Source: a virus (Duplodnaviria > Caudoviricetes). Taken from it: a stretch of 64,000 nucleotides of DNA. A program made the position numbers and the translations under genes. The notes beneath the pieces were generated by a model. The model was not told where the DNA came from and ran no database searches. It saw nothing but the letters and a program-made list of their open reading frames with translations. Below, one piece after another: positions 57,746 through 64,000 of the stretch. Positions within the stretch are counted from its first letter, which is position 1; each line of letters begins with the position of its first letter. Location: positions 1 through 64,000 of IMG/VR virus record IMGVR_UViG_2731957577_000001. The stretch is one strand, 5' to 3'.

Positions 57746-59500
57746 TTGGCGTCCATCCAAAACTTCGAGTTTTACCTCGACGCTCCTGGCGACAGCTTTC
57801 CCGTCGTGGTGAGCTTCGACGATGTGCAGGGCGGCCGCGGCTTTAGTTTGTCTGATGGGGAGATTTTTGCCCTGCAGTGGGACGATACCAACCGATTGTT
57901 ACGCATCATCAACTTTACCAACATGGGCAATTCCGGGGCCAAAATGGGTTCGATCCTCGGCATTTGTGCGGTCTATGACGATAATGTGCGTTGCTGGGTC
58001 GATCGTATCACCGATCAATCTCCGAATGCTGTCAATCTGAATCTGGCCGTAGGAAACTGGGTCTTTGGCAAAACTTATGATCAAGCCGTCAGTGTACCGG
58101 GGTACCAAAAGCCGTACATTGGGTATGTGAATGATTCTGTCCAGGTCCACATCGAATCGTATTCGCCGCCGCCGGAGCCCATGAGCGTGACCCTGGATCA
58201 AGACTATGTCACGAAATACTTGGGCGACACCCTGACGGTGAATGCGACCATTGTTTCCAGCGCGCCGGTCACGGATTACGAGTGGAACATCAACAACCAG
58301 ATCGATGTCTTGTCCAAGGATCAAAATCAGGCCACGTTGAAATTCAACGTGCTGGGAACGTTTCAGATTGAGTACACAGCTACCAACCAGATCGGTCAAA
58401 CGGCGAGTGCTTCTTGTACGGTGGTCGTCGTTAATCCGCCGGCCAAAGTTCTTGATCTCTCGCTCTTCACAAAAACCAAAGATGGCACCGAAGTCCCGAT
58501 CGCGCCATCAATCACCTTGAACCAGTACGATATCGATCCAGCGAACATCCCGCTTTTGTTTCGAAACACCGGCGAGTCCACATGGGTGGGGGAAAACTTC
58601 AGCGTCGATGTGGGATCGATGGTGTTTCAGGATTCCTCCACACTCTGCGTCGATTCGCTGCCTAGAACCCCCAACAGTGACTATCAGCTGACTGGGGTCA
58701 TCACTCCGTTTGATCCGTCACGCGCCTATACGATTACGCTCAAGGCCACGGTGTTGGACGACCAGGGGAAGTCAGACACGAAGTTCTTTCAGATTCATTG
58801 GACGGCCCAGAGTGGTCCAGACATCAAGCTCAGTCTGGTTGGCCGGCCCAATGTGAACCTCAAGCTGCCGAACCGCATGAAGCGAAATGCCAGGTACCGG
58901 GGACCGAGGGAATCTGAGAAATACCTGTCTGACCATCAAGAAGAGATCTTTGAAATCCGCCAGAACTGGAGAGACATCGCCAGTCTGACGCAGCTTCAAG
59001 AGCAAACGATTCATTCATGGTTTGCGGGACAACATGAAGGAACATCAACCATCGTTACGTCTTCGGCAACAAAGACCTTGCAGACGACGCCAGATAAAGC
59101 ACGATATGCGCTGTTGCCCAAAGACAGCGAAGGAACGATTGATTATGCCGTGGTATCATTAAATGGAACATCCATTCCATTAGCTACGCCCTTGCAATCC
59201 AACTTCTCCGCTGGTGCGAGCATCACCGTCGGCGATCCCGTTTCCACAGAAGTTCCGATCACGATCACCCCGCAAAATGTTCTTGCCGACGATGGATTTA
59301 TCATCGACGGAGACGCCATCGTACTCGGGCGTCATGTCTTACAAGAAGGAACTCTGTCCGTCACGTATACCGCTACAGGTCCCATACAAGCGGACAGTGT
59401 CTACGGCTTGGATGAACTCAAACTTCAGCTCCGAGAGTTGGACGAACGGCTTGGCGAACTGGAAAGGAGATATGCCTCCTATGAGAATGCCTACAAGTAA
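57746..59500 (+). CDS. Virion protein with PKD/Ig-like domain and internal family motif
   Basis: GAGGTG RBS before TTG 57746; YEWNI..GTFQIEYTATN; RYRGPRESEKY motif. Confidence 0.6.
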   Translation: MASIQNFEFYLDAPGDSFPVVVSFDDVQGGRGFSLSDGEIFALQWDDTNRLLRIINFTNMGNSGAKMGSILGICAVYDDNVRCWVDRITDQSPNAVNLNLAVGNWVFGKTYDQAVSVPGYQKPYIGYVNDSVQVHIESYSPPPEPMSVTLDQDYVTKYLGDTLTVNATIVSSAPVTDYEWNINNQIDVLSKDQNQATLKFNVLGTFQIEYTATNQIGQTASASCTVVVVNPPAKVLDLSLFTKTKDGTEVPIAPSITLNQYDIDPANIPLLFRNTGESTWVGENFSVDVGSMVFQDSSTLCVDSLPRTPNSDYQLTGVITPFDPSRAYTITLKATVLDDQGKSDTKFFQIHWTAQSGPDIKLSLVGRPNVNLKLPNRMKRNARYRGPRESEKYLSDHQEEIFEIRQNWRDIASLTQLQEQTIHSWFAGQHEGTSTIVTSSATKTLQTTPDKARYALLPKDSEGTIDYAVVSLNGTSIPLATPLQSNFSAGASITVGDPVSTEVPITITPQNVLADDGFIIDGDAIVLGRHVLQEGTLSVTYTATGPIQADSVYGLDELKLQLRELDERLGELERRYASYENAYK

Positions 59501-60725
59501 GCCAGGCGGGGCCCGATTCCGCGGTCCCACCTCGTCTCATGAATATAACCAGAACGAAGACGATAAGTATCTGGAACTGGTTGAGTTATACCAGCAAAGC
59601 AACAAGAATCTCCAGGATCTTCAGGAAGCACACCGCATTGTGGTGGCAGAAAATGCGGCACTGCAGGCGTACATCCAGATGTTAACCGATCGGATTGGCA
59701 CGCTGGAACAAAAGATCACGGATATGCAGGGTGCGCTTCCGTATCCGCCAACATTCTTTCAAACCTCCTTTGTGCAACAGATGGCGACCCACTATCCGAA
59801 CATCTCGCAGGATAACTCCGATAGCACCCTGAGAGCCGACATGGACACAGAATATCGATACGCTACACTGCCGATGATCGCACAGATCCCGAAGACGTAC
59901 GTCAAGAACGACCTCACGGGAGAGATCATTGTTCCCGATGAACTGCAAGTCAGTCTCGGCCGCTCCAATAGTGGCGGCACAGTGGTGGATACGAATGTCT
60001 ATGAAGCGTTCAACGGCAGCGACGATACCTTCTGGGAGCGGGTTGTCACCTATGATTTCTCGAGTTGTCCTGACCAGGAAGATGTCATCATGGAAATTAC
60101 GCTGCCCTCACACCTAGTCAACAATCTCAATATCAACACCATCGTCATCAATCCGCATCCGGAGCGTGGCGTTCAGGTCGCCAATGTCGAGTATCTTTAC
60201 GAGGACGCTTGGCAGCAGATTCCCGGCTTCCAGCAAAACGACCTCGCCACGATTAGCACCGCACTCTATTCTCCACGCAAGAAGTGGTACTTTCCACAGG
60301 TTCCGGTGCAAAAGATCCGGATCACCCTGGTACAAAAGACCCCGATTGACTTGGGTGGGAAAAAGGCATTCATCCTTGGCGCCCAGGAGATCGGTGTGTA
60401 TTTGACCTTATTCGAGCAGGGAGGTGGAATGGTCCTCACCCCGTTTGAGATGACGGGTCTGTACAACATCGAGTCGGTCGAGCATGTATTTCTCAACCGC
60501 GGCGCGTTCAGCTTTGACCAGAAACTCGACAATCAGCTTGAGGGCAACATCTTTGACTATGAAATCCTCAAAGAGGAGATCGATGGCACTCTGACACCAC
60601 TGAGTGGCCGAGAGTGGTCTGGCCAATTTGCACAGCGCCTTTGGGTCCGAACGATGCTGTATCCGGATCCGTATAACGGCGTCAATCCCTGTCTGACGGC
60701 CGTACGCCTCAATTATTCTCGATAG
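59481..60725 (+). CDS. Virion structural protein, paralogue family member
   Basis: AAAGGAG RBS favours a start near 59481 rather than 59214; RFRGPTSSHEYNQ, coiled coil, AFNG..FW. Confidence 0.65.
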   Translation: MRMPTSKPGGARFRGPTSSHEYNQNEDDKYLELVELYQQSNKNLQDLQEAHRIVVAENAALQAYIQMLTDRIGTLEQKITDMQGALPYPPTFFQTSFVQQMATHYPNISQDNSDSTLRADMDTEYRYATLPMIAQIPKTYVKNDLTGEIIVPDELQVSLGRSNSGGTVVDTNVYEAFNGSDDTFWERVVTYDFSSCPDQEDVIMEITLPSHLVNNLNINTIVINPHPERGVQVANVEYLYEDAWQQIPGFQQNDLATISTALYSPRKKWYFPQVPVQKIRITLVQKTPIDLGGKKAFILGAQEIGVYLTLFEQGGGMVLTPFEMTGLYNIESVEHVFLNRGAFSFDQKLDNQLEGNIFDYEILKEEIDGTLTPLSGREWSGQFAQRLWVRTMLYPDPYNGVNPCLTAVRLNYSR

Positions 60726-60740
60726 AAGGGTGGGTGAACG

Positions 60741-61136
60741 ATGGATGAAGCAATCTTCACGCAGAAAGACCTAGAAGAGCTGCGTACCGAGCATAAGCAA
60801 ATGTCCCAGACGATCAGCGACATCATCGCGCGGCTCACCATTGTGGAAACCAATCATGCCTCGATGGCCGATGATGTGAAGGAACAAAAAGGCCTCATTT
60901 CGGAGATTCGCAAACAGCTTGACTCCCTCACGAACTCCTCCACGGAGACCAAGGTTCAGATCAATATGATCTTCAGCACCCTACACGAGATCAAACAATC
61001 GGTAGCCGCACTGCAACGGGACGGTCAAGACACCCGAGACAAACATCACTCTGCATGGACCGAGTTCCTCAAGCAAGTCATCTACTTTTTCATCATGGGT
61101 GGGATCACCCTGATGGCCTCGCACATGGCTCATTAA
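60741..61136 (+). CDS. XhlA/hemolysin-like or holin-like membrane protein
   Basis: Long coiled coil followed by one C-terminal TM segment (VIYFFIMGGITLMA). Confidence 0.55.
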   Translation: MDEAIFTQKDLEELRTEHKQMSQTISDIIARLTIVETNHASMADDVKEQKGLISEIRKQLDSLTNSSTETKVQINMIFSTLHEIKQSVAALQRDGQDTRDKHHSAWTEFLKQVIYFFIMGGITLMASHMAH

Positions 61137-61154
61137 CCAAGGAAGGTGAGAATC

Positions 61155-61655
61155 ATGCCACGTTTTCTACAAGCTCTCATTGCCACGCCGGCATTTGTGC
61201 AGCTGGTCCTCGCATCGATCAAACTCGTCGAGTCTCCGAAGAATGGCCAAGCCAAGAAGAAAGCCGTTCTGGACATCGTGAGTGCCGTGTATGATGAACT
61301 CGCGGCCAACTTCCGAATCCGGTTCGGAAAGACCTTCGTGCTTCGGGTTGCCGACTTGGTCATTGAAATCGGCGTTCGCTTCTACAATCTCATTGGCGAG
61401 TTCAAGCACAACCACGACAACAAGGATGAAGCGACGAGCGATGATTCGGCATCACAAGCTCCAAAAGCTGAAGCTCCAAAAGACGCTAAAGCTCCAGCGG
61501 AACCGACCACCGCACCCGCGGCTCCTGCGACATCGCCTGAACCAGCAGCTCCGGCAGAACCGGCTGACCAACCCGCGAATCCGGCGGAAGGCAATGCCGA
61601 GCCCAGTGAAAATCAGTCGGTTGCAGCCAATCCCACTCAGCCCGTTTCTCAATAA
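61155..61655 (+). CDS. Holin-like protein (LL-H-like motif) with Pro/Ala-rich tail
   Basis: Amphipathic N-terminus, GQAKKKAV motif, low-complexity PA-rich C-terminus. Confidence 0.4.
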   Translation: MPRFLQALIATPAFVQLVLASIKLVESPKNGQAKKKAVLDIVSAVYDELAANFRIRFGKTFVLRVADLVIEIGVRFYNLIGEFKHNHDNKDEATSDDSASQAPKAEAPKDAKAPAEPTTAPAAPATSPEPAAPAEPADQPANPAEGNAEPSENQSVAANPTQPVSQ

Positions 61656-61666
61656 GGCTTCATCAG

Positions 61667-61720
61667 AATCCCGAGATGATTCGTGTGTTTCCTGTGAATC
61701 TCTCGGGATTTTTCATGTTT
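61667..61720 (+). terminator. Intrinsic terminator ending the structural/lysis operon
   Basis: AATCCCGAGA-t-GATTC...GAATC-TCTCGGGATT followed by a T-rich tract. Confidence 0.75.
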
Positions 61721-61724
61721 TCTG

Positions 61725-61753
61725 TTGAAGATGCAGATCAGACGTGTTAAAAT
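61725..61753 (+). promoter_or_regulatory. Sigma-A promoter P1 (extended -10)
   Basis: TTGAAG-17 bp-TAAAAT with TG at -15/-14. Confidence 0.65.
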
Positions 61754-61759
61754 CATATG

Positions 61760-61773
61760 TGTAATGCACTACA
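61760..61773. promoter_or_regulatory. Palindromic operator-like site 3
   Basis: TGTAATGCACTACA at the expected +1 of P1 and just upstream of the P2 -35. Confidence 0.6.
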
Positions 61774-61782
61774 ATATATTTG

Positions 61783-61811
61783 TTGCGCGCAACCCAGTGG
61801 GAGTCTATAAT
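61783..61811 (+). promoter_or_regulatory. Sigma-A promoter P2
   Basis: TTGCGC-17 bp-TATAAT, upstream of AAGGAGG RBS. Confidence 0.6.
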
Positions 61812-61839
61812 GGGTCTGCATTGAAGGAGGCATCATGAC

Positions 61840-62886
61840 ATGCGGCCTGTCATTGAAAAGTACCTGCCGGATCTCGAGCAGGTCAACAAGATCAAAGAGA
61901 AGCTGAAGGTCTGCAAAGATGAATGGCTAGAGACCAAGCCCGGCCCCAAGGGTAGCTACAGCCAATACATGGGCGTGAACACCGTCCGACAGATTCTTGA
62001 TTATGCCGTGGATGGCATCACGTATTGGGATTTTGGCGTGGACGCACAGTGGCGAGAGGAAATCTACAAGTACAACAAGCAAGGTAACTCATGGGAATTC
62101 GACGGCTATGTCTATCATGTCCGTGGGTATCTGTTTATCCCTGGGCTCGGTCATCGCGAACAGTATGGCTGCAAGATCGCGGTTGGGGGTAGGGACAATC
62201 AAGACTCTGCCTACAAGGCTGCCGCATCAAACCTGTTGGTGAAATGCGCGTCACTGTTTGGCGTGGGCGAGTCCATTTACTCCAAGATCAAGGTCGAACT
62301 CGACGACGAGCATCAATATGAGCAGATGCAACAGTCGGGTCAATATCAATTCGCACCGGATGGATACGGCCAACAATGGCAACAAGCCCAGCAACCCCAG
62401 CAGTGGCAGGGACAGACAAATTGGCAACCCCAACAAGGCTGGAATGCGCAAGCCCAGCAGTGGCAACAGCCCCAGTCGTCCGACCTGGCGCCGCAAGAGC
62501 AGTGGCAGATGCAACAACAGTTTGGCTCGGCCGCGGGATACCAAGCACAGCCTAATCCGCAACAGGCCCAGCCGCAGGCCCAAGCACAACCACAAGCACA
62601 GGCTCAGCAACAGCAATATCAGGCGCAACCGATGACGTCCTATGGAGCGCCGGCCAACGCGCAACAGGAGCAAACGCAGTCAGCCTCCAGTGCGATTCCG
62701 CAACAGTGGGACCCGAACGAGATTCAGCGAATCCACATGCACAAAGCGCGGTTAGGCATCCAAAACGATGAGCAGCTGTATCCGTACATTCGTGACTTTA
62801 TGCGGGACGAAAACGCGACGTTGGCCAACATCAATCCCGATAACCTAAAAGCCTTCAATGACTACTTGGATCAAATCGCGGTGTGA
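61840..62886 (+). CDS. Sak / Rad52-Rad22-family single-strand annealing protein with Gln-rich linker
   Basis: YMGVNTVRQILD and YKAAASNLLVKCASLFGVGESIY match the Rad52/22 pattern (K.A.S..LK.A...FG.G..LY). Confidence 0.72.
   Translation: MRPVIEKYLPDLEQVNKIKEKLKVCKDEWLETKPGPKGSYSQYMGVNTVRQILDYAVDGITYWDFGVDAQWREEIYKYNKQGNSWEFDGYVYHVRGYLFIPGLGHREQYGCKIAVGGRDNQDSAYKAAASNLLVKCASLFGVGESIYSKIKVELDDEHQYEQMQQSGQYQFAPDGYGQQWQQAQQPQQWQGQTNWQPQQGWNAQAQQWQQPQSSDLAPQEQWQMQQQFGSAAGYQAQPNPQQAQPQAQAQPQAQAQQQQYQAQPMTSYGAPANAQQEQTQSASSAIPQQWDPNEIQRIHMHKARLGIQNDEQLYPYIRDFMRDENATLANINPDNLKAFNDYLDQIAV
62310..62700 (+). repeat. Gln-rich low-complexity coding region
   Basis: QQWQ and QPQAQ repeats; CAA/CAG-rich DNA. 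Confidence 0.8.
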
Positions 62887-62893
62887 CGAGACG

Positions 62894-63568
62894 ATGAATC
62901 GAGAAGAGCTTGCCCAGTATTTCGTCTATGAACTTGTTCAGCCCAGTGGCAATGCAGAACGGCGGGTATCCACCGCGATACTCGCCCTCGAACGTCTTGA
63001 AGAACTGGGATGGACGCTGGAAGAGATCAAGCAAGAACTCGACACCTTTGCCAAGTCGTACCCGCAGATCATTCGGAATGTGTATCATCTCGAAGAGATC
63101 TTTGGCCAGAAAGAACCTCCGGGAAACCTCATGGAGCCGGATGTGTTCTATTATCACAACGAATTACGCGAAGTGCCGCCACCAACTCGGATCGTCAAAG
63201 ATCCCGTGACCGGACAGTTCATCCGAACAGATTCCGAGTTCTATCTAGAGATGAAGCGCCGATTCACCATGAATGATCTTTTAGCGTACTGGTATCGATC
63301 CAATGGCACAGTAGACCCCAAAGAACACACGCGGCGGCAAGACGAAGCGCGCTTTCGGTATCTGCTTGGGATCTACAACCTGGATGAGATCTTGTTTGCC
63401 ATTGATTGCGCCAAGTCCCTTCGAGAAGAACGGCAACAGTCACCGCTTCGGAATGTCTTTGAGCTGGAGCGGTACATCGAGGATGCGAGGCAAATGTTGT
63501 TGGAGAAGATCAACGTCCACAAGCTGGCCGGCATCAATCAGATCATCCCAAAGAAGGTTCAAGCATGA
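62894..63568 (+). CDS. Hypothetical replication-module protein
   Basis: ORF between Sak and primase with ATGA overlap into the primase; start 62894 or 62858. Confidence 0.55.
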   Translation: MNREELAQYFVYELVQPSGNAERRVSTAILALERLEELGWTLEEIKQELDTFAKSYPQIIRNVYHLEEIFGQKEPPGNLMEPDVFYYHNELREVPPPTRIVKDPVTGQFIRTDSEFYLEMKRRFTMNDLLAYWYRSNGTVDPKEHTRRQDEARFRYLLGIYNLDEILFAIDCAKSLREERQQSPLRNVFELERYIEDARQMLLEKINVHKLAGINQIIPKKVQA

Positions 63569-64000
63569 ACACGTTCCCAGACGTATGGGTTGAATGTGGG
63601 GCGGACCTAGACAATCCCAAGTTTCCGTTCACGCGAAAACATTATTATCCAGCCGGCCAGACGGATGAATTTCGCCAGCAATACGGAAACTGCGGCGTCT
63701 ATGAGACCGTGATGAAGTACGTTTCACCGGTATGGGTTCAAGACTCCAAGGGCCGGATGATCATCAATACGCGCGAGTCCCTGAAGTACGGTGACTTCTA
63801 TATGGACTTTGACACCAAACTCGAAAGCGATGAGGATTTCGAGAAGGTACGCGCGGATGTCAAAAGTGCGCTCCGGTATCTGAAGGTCATCCTGTCCATT
63901 GATCCCAGCCAGGTGTCTTTGTACTTCTCCGGCCATAAGGGGATTCATCTGACGGTGGACGCGCGCGTTTTGGGGATTCAGCCCCACTTGGCGCTCAACC
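63565..64000 (+). CDS. Archaeo-eukaryotic primase (AEP) catalytic domain, 3' truncated
   Basis: Not in the ORF track; ATG 63565 opens MNTFPDVW...FYMDFD (motif I DxD)...YFSGHKGIHL (motif II) to the window end. Confidence 0.85.
   Translation, partial: MNTFPDVWVECGADLDNPKFPFTRKHYYPAGQTDEFRQQYGNCGVYETVMKYVSPVWVQDSKGRMIINTRESLKYGDFYMDFDTKLESDEDFEKVRADVKSALRYLKVILSIDPSQVSLYFSGHKGIHLTVDARVLGIQPHLALN

Larger units (their letters stand above)
1..64000 (+). mobile_element. Large contractile-tailed phage/prophage (or phage-plasmid): tail, baseplate, fibre, lysis and start of replication module
   Basis: Co-oriented tightly packed genes including baseplate J, gp25-like, spike OB-fold, tail hydrolases, holin-like proteins, Sak and AEP primase; no host housekeeping genes seen. 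Confidence 0.93.

Noticed and set aside
59214-59480. 5' extension of the 503-aa ORF
   Set aside because: Overlaps the upstream gene by about 290 bp; the RBS and family motif place the start near 59481
1-64000. Tailocin or extracellular contractile injection system instead of a phage
   Set aside because: Linked Sak, primase and RNAP point to a replicating phage; head genes would lie outside the window, so this is not fully excluded
1-64000. CRISPR arrays, tRNA/rRNA genes, IS elements, introns
   Set aside because: None recognised by eye; intergenic gaps are short and no regularly spaced repeats or transposase motifs were seen

Overview
The whole window reads as one + strand region of a large myovirus-like phage or prophage of a Bacillota host (GGAGG/GAGGTG ribosome-binding sites, sigma-A-type promoters). 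Gene order: two paralogous tail-chaperone-like genes; two giant proteins in the tape-measure position; a tail hub with peptidoglycan hydrolase domains; spike, gp25-like and baseplate-J genes; a shuffled, AT-richer tail-fibre cassette; an Fn3 protein; very large adhesin-like virion proteins (Ig-like, thrombospondin-C-like, PA14, VWA); a five-member paralogue family; two lysis-like membrane proteins; then a promoter block driving a Sak/Rad52-like annealase, a hypothetical protein and an archaeo-eukaryotic primase that runs off the window. The main finding is the 2260-aa protein at 6754..13536. It carries, in canonical order on one chain, the beta and beta-prime motifs of a two-barrel RNA polymerase (NRYPTFH, catalytic DADGD, bridge-helix GLADT, trigger-loop-like ESFGQGLVQRIISSKH), fused to an N-terminal DEDDh 3'-5' exonuclease and a C-terminal hydrophobic segment. 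It is a candidate tail-delivered single-chain virion RNAP-exonuclease. A 14-bp palindrome (consensus TGTAATGCATTACA) also recurs next to -10 elements in three intergenic regions. All calls come from motif recognition by eye; no searches were run.
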